The notes beneath the pieces are model-generated. The model saw only the letters and a list, made by a program, of their open reading frames with translations, did no database searches and was not told the origin of the DNA. Below, piece by piece: positions 29,886 to 40,166 of a stretch of DNA of 64,000 nucleotides (position 1 is the first letter of the stretch; each line of letters begins with the position of its first letter). A program made the position numbers and the translations under genes. The stretch comes from a virus (taxonomy: Duplodnaviria; Caudoviricetes), in IMG/VR virus record IMGVR_UViG_3300010162_000393, positions 64,001 to 128,000 of that record; one strand, written 5' to 3'.

Positions 29886-30374
29886 TTATTCTTTATTTAA
29901 AATTTTAATTGCGTTTTCTACGTCTGCTTCGTCAATACCATCCAATGGGTGCGTATTAATGAAATATGGTATTTGTTCTTTCAGAAAATCTATATCGTCA
30001 TCAAGAATAACATAATTACCATCAAAATGGTTATCATCAATCCACTTCTTAACTTCAACACCGCGTATTCTTGTTTTAAACTTTCCATCTTCACCTTCAT
30101 AATAAAGTCTTTCGGTTACACCAATAATCCTATCACAAAATGGAAATTTCATACCATTCATATAAAATTCAGTATCATCTGAAAGATATTCAATAGTTTT
30201 TTCAAGGGTGTGTTTACGCCATGATGATGAGATTACTAAACAGCAGTCGGTAGCATCTATAATTTTACCGAGTAAATCCAATTTATCTTTATTTAATTTG
30301 AATCTACTATCACAATTTGTGATTACACCATCAAAATCAAGAAATAAAATTTTCTTTCTGTTCATCTCTAACAA
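29886..30374 (-). CDS. HAD phosphatase (HAD_SAK_2, RNA-repair Swiss-army-knife type)
   Basis: FLDFDGV, ISSSWR, RG.EV..W, YVILDDD. Confidence 0.82.
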   Translation of the reverse strand: MLEMNRKKILFLDFDGVITNCDSRFKLNKDKLDLLGKIIDATDCCLVISSSWRKHTLEKTIEYLSDDTEFYMNGMKFPFCDRIIGVTERLYYEGEDGKFKTRIRGVEVKKWIDDNHFDGNYVILDDDIDFLKEQIPYFINTHPLDGIDEADVENAIKILNKE

Positions 30375-30819
30375 AATTATAGTGTGTTTCTATTTTTTTC
30401 CGTTCTTCCACTCTAACAGATGTTCTATTTTGATACCACTTTTTAGGGTCTACTTGCTTTAGTCTTTTCTGTTTTCTTCTTTTGGTTTCACATCGCCTTA
30501 TTATATTGTTGTTATCAATATAATATGGGAAACTCCTTGAACATTTTACTTTTTCTGAAACTATTAGGTTTCTAAAAAAGAATTTATATTCCATTAAAAG
30601 ATCATTATGTTTACATCTTGATGATAAATCACTAAAAAAATCATCAAAATTTTTATCAATATAATGTGATAATAACCTATGTGCTAATTTATATGGGTTT
30701 CTCTCATTCGCCGTGTGCCATGATCTACGTGAGATATTAGTGTTATACATATTACCATATCTTCTTGTCAGATATTTCGCCCTATTTTCTTTTAAAGGTA
30801 GTTTATCACAATTTTCCAT
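30337..30819 (-). CDS. Hypothetical basic protein
   Basis: 160-aa ORF in operon. Confidence 0.55.
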   Translation of the reverse strand: MENCDKLPLKENRAKYLTRRYGNMYNTNISRRSWHTANERNPYKLAHRLLSHYIDKNFDDFFSDLSSRCKHNDLLMEYKFFFRNLIVSEKVKCSRSFPYYIDNNNIIRRCETKRRKQKRLKQVDPKKWYQNRTSVRVEERKKIETHYNFVRDEQKENFIS

Positions 30820-30821
30820 GT

Positions 30822-31613
30822 CTATTCAACAATAAAATTGTTAGGAACATAAAATTCATGATCTGGATATTCAAGATATTCGTTCAGCGGATAAATAACA
30901 TCTTCTGATGAAAATTCGTTTATATTCAAATTAAAATTCCATTTTCCATTAATTACGTTACATTTGAAACAAACCATTTCTTTTACTGTTCCGTCATCTT
31001 GTTTTATTTTTAGATTAAAATGGCGAGTAATATCCATTGCTCCTAAAAATTTCTGCCATGGTTTATCATCTATTTTTTCATTTCCGAAACGCATTGACAT
31101 ATAATTGTTATCCTTAAAATTTAAATATTCTTTTAAGTCATTAGCAATAATATTCTTCTGTTCTTCGGACATATACTTGTATCTATTTTTAATAATACTT
31201 GGTGGTAACGATGCGCTAGCAATGGTTTGTCTTTTACAAGCATATATAACAGCGAGTCTAATTAATGAAAACTCAAATTCATCGCATTTAGGGTATGGTA
31301 TAAATGGTACATCTTCATCAAATACTTCGTTTGCTTCTTTGTAAGTATCAAGTAATTTTTTAGTACGATTCTTTGTGTCCGACCAATCGTAATCAATTTC
31401 TCGACTGCAATCAAGAATAAGTCTTTCCTTTTGATTATGTGATAATCCGGACCAATATCTCTTAACTAATTTCAAAGGATAACTTGGTTCAAAATCCTGA
31501 ACAGTATCAGATGGTGTCCACATCCACTGTCTTGCACTCATCCACATAATCGTGTTTTCAAAATCACCTAACATGTTTTCGACCATATTGTCGTTAATCT
31601 TCTTCGTTGACAT
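30822..31613 (-). CDS. Hypothetical protein
   Basis: 263-aa ORF in operon. Confidence 0.65.
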   Translation of the reverse strand: MSTKKINDNMVENMLGDFENTIMWMSARQWMWTPSDTVQDFEPSYPLKLVKRYWSGLSHNQKERLILDCSREIDYDWSDTKNRTKKLLDTYKEANEVFDEDVPFIPYPKCDEFEFSLIRLAVIYACKRQTIASASLPPSIIKNRYKYMSEEQKNIIANDLKEYLNFKDNNYMSMRFGNEKIDDKPWQKFLGAMDITRHFNLKIKQDDGTVKEMVCFKCNVINGKWNFNLNINEFSSEDVIYPLNEYLEYPDHEFYVPNNFIVE

Positions 31614-31995
31614 GACATTCTATTGATTTATTGAGTTTATCTTGTACTACTTTTAAATTTTCACCATAATGAAGCACTAACCGATATTCAGGATATTCTT
31701 CATAAAAAGATAAATCTTGCCACGCTAGTGCCAAAATATTATCCGTAACATCAGTCATTGACAATGAATTATTATTCTGTGCCAATTTTAATAATATTGG
31801 TAATCGTATTTCAATTTTATCATCGATGGTAGATGGATGTGGTTTTTTTTGATCTTTTGAACACATTCCTATTGGAAGTACATCCCAAAAATCACCAAAT
31901 ACCAATGTAGGGTCTTTGGCAACATACAATTCGTAAAGATATTGATCATTACCATCTTTTCCAACAAAATCTATATATACCAAATATTCATCCAT
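31594..31995 (-). CDS. Hypothetical protein
   Basis: 133-aa ORF in operon. Confidence 0.65.
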   Translation of the reverse strand: MDEYLVYIDFVGKDGNDQYLYELYVAKDPTLVFGDFWDVLPIGMCSKDQKKPHPSTIDDKIEIRLPILLKLAQNNNSLSMTDVTDNILALAWQDLSFYEEYPEYRLVLHYGENLKVVQDKLNKSIECHVNEED

Positions 31996-31997
31996 TT

Positions 31998-32360
31998 TTA
32001 TACTTTGTTACCACATACTGGACAAAACGCAAAATTGTTTTCTATTTTTTCACCACATTTAAAACAAAAATTATTGTTTCTAACACGAGATTCTGTTATA
32101 CCTGAATTGTAATACGGATTTTTAACTATATTAGCATGTCCGTCGCCACCACTTTCAAGGATAAGTCTTCGTTTAGATACTGGTAATCTTTCATATTCAT
32201 CCATTTTTCTTTCTAACGCTTGGATATACTTTAAACTTTTCCATAGGTTATAATAAAAATTCCAATATTTTTGTCTTGCAAGATGTGCGTTTGGATCGCT
32301 TGCACATTCTCTCAAAAAAAATTCATCAAATACTTTTTTAAATTCTCTATCTTGCTGCAT
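31998..32360 (-). CDS. Hypothetical protein with a C-terminal Zn ribbon
   Basis: FCFKCG...FCPVCG. Confidence 0.65.
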   Translation of the reverse strand: MQQDREFKKVFDEFFLRECASDPNAHLARQKYWNFYYNLWKSLKYIQALERKMDEYERLPVSKRRLILESGGDGHANIVKNPYYNSGITESRVRNNNFCFKCGEKIENNFAFCPVCGNKV

Positions 32361-32407
32361 ATTTTTTTTATGTTATTATATAACTAATGTAAAAAAAAAT
32401 AGTATTT

Positions 32408-33148
32408 TCAAATGTTTACGTTTCTGTACACAATATTTTCGTCTTTCAAATATCCGTTTTGTGTTATTTTTTGAAACACTCTTGTTGTTGCTATAACATC
32501 GGCGGAACAATATTTAACAATACGTTTCAAATCTTCTTCGTGTTTTGTATTATCATTAAAATTTTGATAATAAACTTCTGCCACTTTTGAACCATCAATG
32601 TCACCCTTTGATGTTGGGATATCAAATATTTCACATAACACTTTTAATGATGTTCTATTATTATAATCCCCAAACCATAATTTAATTGTATCAATAAAAT
32701 TATAATCCCATGGTTGTTTAGTCATAATGTTGAATACCATTGGGACCTTTATTCCGTTTAAAATACATCGTTTTATGATAAATGGGATGTCAAATGATTC
32801 TACATTATGTCCTGCTAATATGTATTTAAAAGAAAAATTATCATTTTCTAACATGTTTGTAAAATCTATCAACAAATCTTTTTCATCATCTCCGTAGAAA
32901 GATTTCACATAAAACATATCGTTTTTGAATACACCGACACTTATACAGATAATTTTACCTGTTTCAGGATATAAACCACCAAGCAGGGTTATATTATCAT
33001 TGGTAACTTCATGTGTTTCTTTTTTTGATCGTTTTACCACAAACTCTCTTAAAACAGGATTTTTTTCTATATCAATTTTCTGACCAACTGTTTCAATATC
33101 AAAAAAACAAATCCTGGTTAGGTCGCTTAAAATCACATTCTTATTCAT
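32408..33148 (-). CDS. DEDDy 3'-5' exonuclease (PolB-exo-like)
   Basis: FFDIET, GHN..FDIPF, SL..LC, YC..DV. Confidence 0.87.
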   Translation of the reverse strand: MNKNVILSDLTRICFFDIETVGQKIDIEKNPVLREFVVKRSKKETHEVTNDNITLLGGLYPETGKIICISVGVFKNDMFYVKSFYGDDEKDLLIDFTNMLENDNFSFKYILAGHNVESFDIPFIIKRCILNGIKVPMVFNIMTKQPWDYNFIDTIKLWFGDYNNRTSLKVLCEIFDIPTSKGDIDGSKVAEVYYQNFNDNTKHEEDLKRIVKYCSADVIATTRVFQKITQNGYLKDENIVYRNVNI

Positions 33149-33152
33149 ATAA

Positions 33153-33644
33153 TTAAAATTTTAAATATTTTTTTCTAACTAACCAACACAACATATCATA
33201 TGTTGCTTCTAAAATCGTATCACCAACTGCGCGATAATCGTCAAGTATAATATATGCGCCTGTAAGGTAAGAAACACTAACTTTATCAGAATTAAAATCT
33301 ATAGCTAACTTTGCTATTCTTCCGCCAAGCAAAATGTTTGGTAGTTCTTTTGGTAACAAATCAATAATATCTTGTAGTGTAAATACACCACAATTGTAGC
33401 GATATGAATGATCATAGTTACCATACCCGGCATCGAAATATTCACCATCCGCAAAATCCCATACTTCCTTATCCTCATCATAATATTCGTAAAGTGGTTT
33501 ATCCTTACCATGGTTTTCGACTTCCCACCCAAGATTATTACCGTCTTGATCTACAAAAAGTAAAACAATGCTTGCGCTTTCTGTTTTCACACCCAACTCT
33601 TTTAGGTGTTTCATCTGTTCTATCGTCAGTGTTTGATGTTCCAT
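33153..33644 (-). CDS. Hypothetical phage protein
   Basis: LTIEQMKHLKELG...FTLQDIIDLLP...YDMLCWL; 163 aa. Confidence 0.65.
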   Translation of the reverse strand: MEHQTLTIEQMKHLKELGVKTESASIVLLFVDQDGNNLGWEVENHGKDKPLYEYYDEDKEVWDFADGEYFDAGYGNYDHSYRYNCGVFTLQDIIDLLPKELPNILLGGRIAKLAIDFNSDKVSVSYLTGAYIILDDYRAVGDTILEATYDMLCWLVRKKYLKF

Positions 33645-33649
33645 TACTA

Positions 33650-34405
33650 CTAATATTTCAAATAGTTAAACAACGTTTTATCCAATTTATCACTTCTCAA
33701 TATATAATGTACAAATGTGAACTTGATATATCCACGATATTTGTAAAACATATAACTAATTTTATTACACTTATTTTTCAAATAGAATTCTAATTTTTGT
33801 ATTTTCAATGCTATTTTAATAACATTTGAAATCCTAATTGAAGTGTATTTTGGTGTCCAATCAATGAGTATTTGTTCATCTTTGGCACATCTTTCGCACA
33901 TAGTTGTTATCCACCCACTTTTTGTTTTACCTACATTGAAAGGACTACCACACAACATACAGATTTGGTTAGATGCTTTTTCACACATGTTAATTCTTTC
34001 CCATTGTTCTTCAGTTGCACCAAAATTATACAAGTTTAATGACCCAAATTTTTCTTTAATTTGAGTGAATTGAAAGTTGTGTTCATTATCTTTATTCCAT
34101 CTCTCAACTTCTTTGTATAATGGGTGTAATAATCCTGCCCAACCACTTTTAGATAATCCCTCATCATAGAATAACTCGAATGGGGTATATATTTTTTTTG
34201 GTACCGGTTTTTCCTTTTCGGTTGTTTTTTTACGTCTACGTTTTTTGTTGTGTGTTTGCTCTGTTGGTGCAACATCTAAAACTTCCACAGGTGGTGTTGT
34301 TAATTCCGTATGTGTATTCTTTTTACGTCTGCGTTTTTTCTTCTTTTTAACTTCTTCATGCTGCATAGTATTTATTTCAGATACTATTTTTTCAATTGTT
34401 TCCAT
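33650..34405 (-). CDS. Hypothetical protein with a QIKEKFG motif and Zn ribbon
   Basis: GW..L, QIKEKFGSL, CMLCG...MCERC; basic N-terminus. Confidence 0.65.
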   Translation of the reverse strand: METIEKIVSEINTMQHEEVKKKKKRRRKKNTHTELTTPPVEVLDVAPTEQTHNKKRRRKKTTEKEKPVPKKIYTPFELFYDEGLSKSGWAGLLHPLYKEVERWNKDNEHNFQFTQIKEKFGSLNLYNFGATEEQWERINMCEKASNQICMLCGSPFNVGKTKSGWITTMCERCAKDEQILIDWTPKYTSIRISNVIKIALKIQKLEFYLKNKCNKISYMFYKYRGYIKFTFVHYILRSDKLDKTLFNYLKY

Positions 34406-34407
34406 TT

Positions 34408-34686
34408 TTAACTGTGTTTTTTTATCGCCTCTCGATAAACGTCTTCTCTTGCTAATCCGGTAATTCTTTCCAATTCATTTTCTTCTGAATCTAATATCAA
34501 CACTACTGGAACGCTGCGAATACTAAACTTCAAAGCATATTTTTCAAATAATTGATAATCCCCATCATCAGATACTTCTAAAAAATTTATTTTCCCTTTA
34601 AATTCGTCTTTCAACTCATTAAAAACGGGTTTTAATAATTTACACGGCGGACAATGGAATGTACTAACTTTTAATACGGTGTTCAT
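34408..34686 (-). CDS. Thioredoxin
   Basis: HCPPCK, IRSVP; start reassigned to the ATG at 34686. Confidence 0.85.
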   Translation of the reverse strand: MNTVLKVSTFHCPPCKLLKPVFNELKDEFKGKINFLEVSDDGDYQLFEKYALKFSIRSVPVVLILDSEENELERITGLAREDVYREAIKKHS

Positions 34687-34784
34687 TTCTTTAAAATTTT
34701 TACTTATTATTACGAAATATCGTTTCAAACCTACACTTTTTTGTGATAATATCAAATACTTCTATTTATAATAAAATTAAAATA

Positions 34785-35231
34785 ATGAGTAATGAAGATA
34801 TTATTTTCAAACGTATGTTTGAAACTATTCGTAATTTAAAATCAGAAAGTTCAAAACGTTTGATGGAAGAATATGAAGGAGATTATAACGAATCTCAGGA
34901 AGATGTTGTAAGTGAAGAAAAATATCCCGGTGTAAAGGGTCAGATTATTGATCCGTTACTTCAAAAAATACCTAACGTAAAAATAGAAGATGACGGTTTA
35001 ACTATTAATAAAGAAAACTCTACCATAACATTGGAAGGTACAATACCAAGTCTTTCAAATTTGAAATTTATTGTTATTACTGACACTTCAAATACCGAAC
35101 CATTACATGTTAGTGTTGAAAATTTAAATCTTAGTGAAGACGGGCTAACTTCGCTAACCGCATTATACGCATTTGCAAAGACCTTCTATAATGAATGGTC
35201 TATAAATAAAGTAAAAGAAACTTTTAAATAA
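34785..35231 (+). CDS. Hypothetical late protein
   Basis: CTATTTAT at 34762-34769 supports the ATG at 34785; LMEE-type motif. Confidence 0.6.
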   Translation: MSNEDIIFKRMFETIRNLKSESSKRLMEEYEGDYNESQEDVVSEEKYPGVKGQIIDPLLQKIPNVKIEDDGLTINKENSTITLEGTIPSLSNLKFIVITDTSNTEPLHVSVENLNLSEDGLTSLTALYAFAKTFYNEWSINKVKETFK

Positions 35232-35233
35232 GA

Positions 35234-36037
35234 TTAGGATTTTTTAAATCCAGGTAACTTTATTTTTTTCGTTGGTTTTTCAATCACAGGTGGTTGTTCC
35301 ACTACTGCCGGTTTAGTACTTTTTACAAAATTAGGCGGTTGATTACCTAATACAATCTTTGATTTTTGTAAAGCATCTTTCTTTGTGTCTGACAATTCAT
35401 GTGGTGGGATTATTTCTTCAGAAGGTACCGACACATTCACATGTTTTTCCTCAACAACTATAGGGTATTCAATAACCGGTGTTTCTTTCTTCGCTTCCGG
35501 TATTTCAATTACTTCTTCTTCGACTTCTTCATGTTTTTCTTCAACAACTTCTTGAACAACGTTTTTTCCTTTTAATTCAAATGTCGCAATCAAGTGTAAT
35601 GATAAAAGTGATAAACCGGGAACAACTGCACCGCTCATAACCGCTAACCAAAATTTGTGGATTTCATTTGCCCATTGATTTCCTTCACCTAATACAATAT
35701 TCATAAATGTAACCCAAGTTACGAATAATTGACCGCTCTCGTCAATATAATTGAATGAAAAGAATATGTTACCTAACATTTGGTAAATAGTAACAAATAT
35801 AAATGTCAATACTATTGAAAATGTTAGTTTTCCTGTTAGTAGTGCTATTAGTGTGGTTGCTGCTGCTACTTCTAAAGCAACGCTCATTGCTATTGCAAAT
35901 ATACTTGGGTTGCTAATGGCAAACCATTCTATACAGTGAAAAATACTTATTATAATTGCAAAACAGATGGGTAGAGAATATACTGACTTTAAAATAGTTT
36001 CTCGGTTTCTACCAAACCAATTTCTTAAACCCCTCAT
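35234..36037 (-). CDS. Multi-pass (about 4 TM) membrane protein with an acidic/Pro-rich tail
   Basis: Four hydrophobic segments in the N-terminal ~155 aa. Confidence 0.65.
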   Translation of the reverse strand: MRGLRNWFGRNRETILKSVYSLPICFAIIISIFHCIEWFAISNPSIFAIAMSVALEVAAATTLIALLTGKLTFSIVLTFIFVTIYQMLGNIFFSFNYIDESGQLFVTWVTFMNIVLGEGNQWANEIHKFWLAVMSGAVVPGLSLLSLHLIATFELKGKNVVQEVVEEKHEEVEEEVIEIPEAKKETPVIEYPIVVEEKHVNVSVPSEEIIPPHELSDTKKDALQKSKIVLGNQPPNFVKSTKPAVVEQPPVIEKPTKKIKLPGFKKS

Positions 36038-36396
36038 GGCGATAATTGTCTTAATTGCAATTCTAAATCCCTAACCCTATCAGAATAATATCTGGAACGT
36101 TCTGTTGGAGAGGTCTTTGTGCGAGCAATATCGTTAAAATCGATCATAATTGCTTCTGATATGGTATATTGCATTATTCTCAAATATAATTGTAATTCGT
36201 CTTTGTTTACAAATTCATGTTTCAAACTATCTAACTGTTTTATCAGTTCTTCGTTTTGTAAAGTCAATACTTGGTTTTGTTTGATCAATTCCTTATTGTT
36301 TCGTTGCTGACTACATGTATTCATGAAGATAAGAAAGAAAATGATTAACACAATCCAAAAATAATTATCTGCTAAAAATTCTTTAATGTTGTTCAT
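36034..36396 (-). CDS. Single-TM coiled-coil protein
   Basis: FWIVLIIFFLIFMNTC followed by coiled coil; GTATTTAT at 36421-36428. Confidence 0.6.
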   Translation of the reverse strand: MNNIKEFLADNYFWIVLIIFFLIFMNTCSQQRNNKELIKQNQVLTLQNEELIKQLDSLKHEFVNKDELQLYLRIMQYTISEAIMIDFNDIARTKTSPTERSRYYSDRVRDLELQLRQLSP

Positions 36397-36444
36397 CTTT
36401 TTTATAATTTTAATTTGTCTATAAATACTAAAAAAATTTTTTTC

Positions 36445-37218
36445 TTAAAAATTAAGATTTTTCATTGAAAAATCGTGATATTCCTTGTTTATTTCAATAC
36501 CGATATATCCCCTTTTCAATTTTTTTGCAACTTTACAAGTTGTTCCAATTCCACTGAAAGGATCCAAAATAATATCACCTACCATTGAATAATATTTTAT
36601 TACCATTTCAGCAAGTTCTTCCGGAAATATTGCAGGATGTTGTTTTGAACTTTTAGGGTGTATTTTCCATATAGAAGATGTTTCATAACCATATTTTATC
36701 TTACTTTCTTCTATTGTATCATCAGAATATTTTCGTAAATTCCAATCTATCAATTTATCAGTTCGTTTACGAAAAACCAATATATATTCATGTACAATAT
36801 TTGGTTTGTATGATATTGGTTTTCTGTGTTGGTAAAATTGTGCATTTCGATTTTTTACTGAACTTTCCGGTTTCTCCCATATAATATCTTCAATAAAATC
36901 CCAACCATCTCTTGTCAACATATACGTTAAATCAAATGGTATTGGATGTCGTTTTGATTGGTGTTGTCTGCTGATTCTTGGTTCTATAACCGGTGATACG
37001 TTTATCACAAGAAACCTACCTTCTTTTGTGACTCTCTGTACTTCTTTAAATATTCTACACATTGTTGATAGATAAATATCATAACTATCATATTGGGAAT
37101 ACTCCCTGGCATTATAATACGGTGGACTACAAAACGTCAAATCTACTACATCAGGTTTTAGTGTTCGTAGTATCTGTTCGCTATCACCAAGATACAATCT
37201 TCCATCAACTATTTCCAT
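36445..37218 (-). CDS. N4-C/N6-A DNA methyltransferase (beta class)
   Basis: CSPPY, IIWEK, HEYILVF, HPAIFP, LDPFSGIGTT. Confidence 0.92.
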   Translation of the reverse strand: MEIVDGRLYLGDSEQILRTLKPDVVDLTFCSPPYYNAREYSQYDSYDIYLSTMCRIFKEVQRVTKEGRFLVINVSPVIEPRISRQHQSKRHPIPFDLTYMLTRDGWDFIEDIIWEKPESSVKNRNAQFYQHRKPISYKPNIVHEYILVFRKRTDKLIDWNLRKYSDDTIEESKIKYGYETSSIWKIHPKSSKQHPAIFPEELAEMVIKYYSMVGDIILDPFSGIGTTCKVAKKLKRGYIGIEINKEYHDFSMKNLNF

Positions 37219-37942
37219 CTCTATCAGGTGTTAATTGGAATGGTGCCCACCACTCACCTTGTATTATAGATACATTTGTAAATGGTACATATTCCGTTGT
37301 GTTAAATTTATCGTAAACCCATTGTGATGTTTCTGCTATATTTTTATTTGAGATTGCATCCGCAATAGTATATAAACTTATTTTATTATATACCTCTGAT
37401 GGTAAATATCTGTGTAGTGGAATATAATATCCAACACAACTATCAAATTCAACCGCCAATTCAGATTTATTTTGTATAAGATACATATAATACCAATCCT
37501 CGTCAGTTGTTACTCCACCAACCAAATATTTTATTTCATTATTTGCAATAACATATGTGGCAATATCTCTATCAACATTAATAATAATATCTTTCAGTGT
37601 TGCGTTTTCTGGTGCATCAATATTATCTAATTTACTTTTGATACTTTCTTTAATTTGTGATAAACGTATTTCGTAAAATTCATCAAGTGTAATTAGTTTA
37701 TGTTCAATAAAGTCTTCATCTGGAACATATCTAATAACCTCGTCAATAATATCAGTAACATCTTCATAATTCTTGAATTGTGAAAATTGATGTAAATACA
37801 CCATATATTTTGGTCCCCGTCTTAATAGCGCAGGTAAAAAAACACTTTTTTTCCCTATTGTAATAACACAATTATCCTCATCCAATAGGTTTATAAAATC
37901 CAACAATATTTGTTGGCGATTGCTTTCCTCTAAATCTGACAT
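37205..37942 (-). CDS. Hypothetical protein
   Basis: 245-aa ORF. Confidence 0.6.
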   Translation of the reverse strand: MSDLEESNRQQILLDFINLLDEDNCVITIGKKSVFLPALLRRGPKYMVYLHQFSQFKNYEDVTDIIDEVIRYVPDEDFIEHKLITLDEFYEIRLSQIKESIKSKLDNIDAPENATLKDIIINVDRDIATYVIANNEIKYLVGGVTTDEDWYYMYLIQNKSELAVEFDSCVGYYIPLHRYLPSEVYNKISLYTIADAISNKNIAETSQWVYDKFNTTEYVPFTNVSIIQGEWWAPFQLTPDRDGNS

Positions 37943-37960
37943 AATGTAACATCTTTTTTT

Positions 37961-38233
37961 TTATTTTATTTGTATGTATTTATCTTCACTTTCTTGTTCT
38001 ATGTTTTTGTTTTTAATATTGGTTAGAATGTGTTGAATTCCTAAATAACTAACCCAAATAACAACCGCTAATAATATCCACTTAATATTTGTAATAATAA
38101 TGTATAATATTGCACATATTATTAGTAGAGTTATCGCAAGACAACCGCCAACCAAATTTTTCATTTTTCTATTTCTTGGGATTAATTCAGATAACCGTAT
38201 ATCACCAAATTTTCTATTCTTACTCCAAAACAT
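37961..38233 (-). CDS. Small 2-TM membrane protein
   Basis: Two hydrophobic helices; TGTATATTTT upstream. Confidence 0.55.
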   Translation of the reverse strand: MFWSKNRKFGDIRLSELIPRNRKMKNLVGGCLAITLLIICAILYIIITNIKWILLAVVIWVSYLGIQHILTNIKNKNIEQESEDKYIQIK

Positions 38234-38310
38234 ACAGAAACATATTTTTTAAAATATACAAGTTATTATGAAAAGAACAAAAAACTCTATTTATATGAAA
38301 TCGAAATTGA

Positions 38311-40107
38311 ATGGGAAACCTGAATATAAGTAGAACCGAAAAAAATCATTTAGATAAATGGATACTTGTAGGTAGACGTTATTACGATTTCTTTCTTCAT
38401 CCTGATGCAATGGCGGCAAGAAATGAGGAGGTGTGTTTTACTGCTACTATAGATCCAAGTATATCAGAAATAAATGAAAATGGTACTATTTTTAGTGTAG
38501 ATACTTGGGAAGAAGCGTTGAATACTGGAATAGAATTAAAGGATTGGGGGTTGTGTTCTGTTGATAACGGAGCAACCATGATAGATTGGTGTATAGATAG
38601 TCTTGAAGATGTGTTCAGAAATACTATTTTGACGATTCCGAAAGAAGAAAAAAGGTTTTTCATGAATCTTATAAATGGTAACTATTATTGTGATCCTCCG
38701 GTAGATTATACTTTAGTATATGAAGAAATTGATAATAGGATGGTTATTAACGCACAGGGTGGTGGGTTGCAAGGTTTTTGGAAATTACAATTACCAAAAT
38801 ATGTTGGTGAATACGAAACCCTTCCAACACGACCTAAAAAATGTGTTTCTTATGAGTTTTTAATTAAACCTGAAAACATAATTAAAGAAAATACTATGTC
38901 CTACTATTATCCAGATAATTTTGGAATATTTTTTTGTAAGGGTATCCGAAGTGAAAATAAATGGTGGTATTACACAAATAAACTAAACATAGAAAATCTT
39001 GAAAATATAAAAAAAAGTTTGGAAAAAAGTGAAGAAGAAAATCGGTTTCTTTACACTAACATTGAAGGGGTTTATTTAATAGATTTATTAAATGTGGATG
39101 ATTTACGAAAACCGAAAAGTGTTTTTGAAAATTATATCAACAATGAGGGACAAGCGTTAAACGTTCCTAACGTAGTTGAGTTACAAACCGACAATAAGTT
39201 TTTGTATATGAATAGAACGGTTTGCGGTTACAAAGTAGATTGTTGTGGAGATAATAGTGATATCCCAGAAGAAATAATATTTTCATATCAGAAGAAAAAC
39301 CCAAGACTTAACTATTTTACATTGTTCAATAGAACTAGGGATAAGTTTGGTAATCCGGCTGGTCTAACCGTATCACAATTACATCCGGTGAGTGGTATCA
39401 ATTGTTGTAGTTATGGTTTTTATGAAATATGGAAAAAATATCAGTGTGATCCTATTCTTATGTATAATCATGGTGATAAACCATTACAGAAACTTCCACT
39501 CGGATTTGAAAATATTGATATATACGATAACGAAATAAACATATATAAGGATACATATAATAATATAATAGCATTCAGAATAACACCAGAGGGGGCAATA
39601 GGTTATAGAATTATCACACAAAATTGTGATGAGGATGCCAAAGAAAATCCAATTAAAATTATAGAAGAATATTCGTTTGATAATATTATAAAATTCGGAG
39701 AATGGAATAATATTATTATACAAATATGTTACGGTACATATATTGACGACCCAAGATGTTCAAGTATTGGTCCAAGAGATGGAAGAATATCATTTTATGT
39801 TAATGGGAGATTGAAGTTTGTAAGTCAAGTAATAAAAGAACCAATGTTTCGTGAATTAGATGAACATTGGTCAAAACAGGAAGGTGTACCATTTAATATA
39901 AGTTTAATGATTGGAACACAGGGGTTGTTTGAAACTATTTTATCTGATAATCTAGAAGATTATGACCGTTACACATTTCCTATAGAAAAACATTTTGTAG
40001 GTAATATTTGTGGTTTACTTGCTTACTTTAAAATGAGTGAATGTAAATTACCATATAGTTATATTAGATCAAAAAGTGTGTATTCAAATAAATTCAATCT
40101 AATATAA
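38311..40107 (+). CDS. Putative virion structural protein with LamG/ConA-like elements
   Basis: CTATTTAT at 38287-38294; WNNIII...ISFYVNG...IG; located just upstream of scaffold and MCP. Confidence 0.55.
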   Translation: MGNLNISRTEKNHLDKWILVGRRYYDFFLHPDAMAARNEEVCFTATIDPSISEINENGTIFSVDTWEEALNTGIELKDWGLCSVDNGATMIDWCIDSLEDVFRNTILTIPKEEKRFFMNLINGNYYCDPPVDYTLVYEEIDNRMVINAQGGGLQGFWKLQLPKYVGEYETLPTRPKKCVSYEFLIKPENIIKENTMSYYYPDNFGIFFCKGIRSENKWWYYTNKLNIENLENIKKSLEKSEEENRFLYTNIEGVYLIDLLNVDDLRKPKSVFENYINNEGQALNVPNVVELQTDNKFLYMNRTVCGYKVDCCGDNSDIPEEIIFSYQKKNPRLNYFTLFNRTRDKFGNPAGLTVSQLHPVSGINCCSYGFYEIWKKYQCDPILMYNHGDKPLQKLPLGFENIDIYDNEINIYKDTYNNIIAFRITPEGAIGYRIITQNCDEDAKENPIKIIEEYSFDNIIKFGEWNNIIIQICYGTYIDDPRCSSIGPRDGRISFYVNGRLKFVSQVIKEPMFRELDEHWSKQEGVPFNISLMIGTQGLFETILSDNLEDYDRYTFPIEKHFVGNICGLLAYFKMSECKLPYSYIRSKSVYSNKFNLI

Positions 40108-40166
40108 AATATATTTCAAAAAAAGTAACTATTTATTATTAAAATAAGAAAATAAAATTTTCAAAT

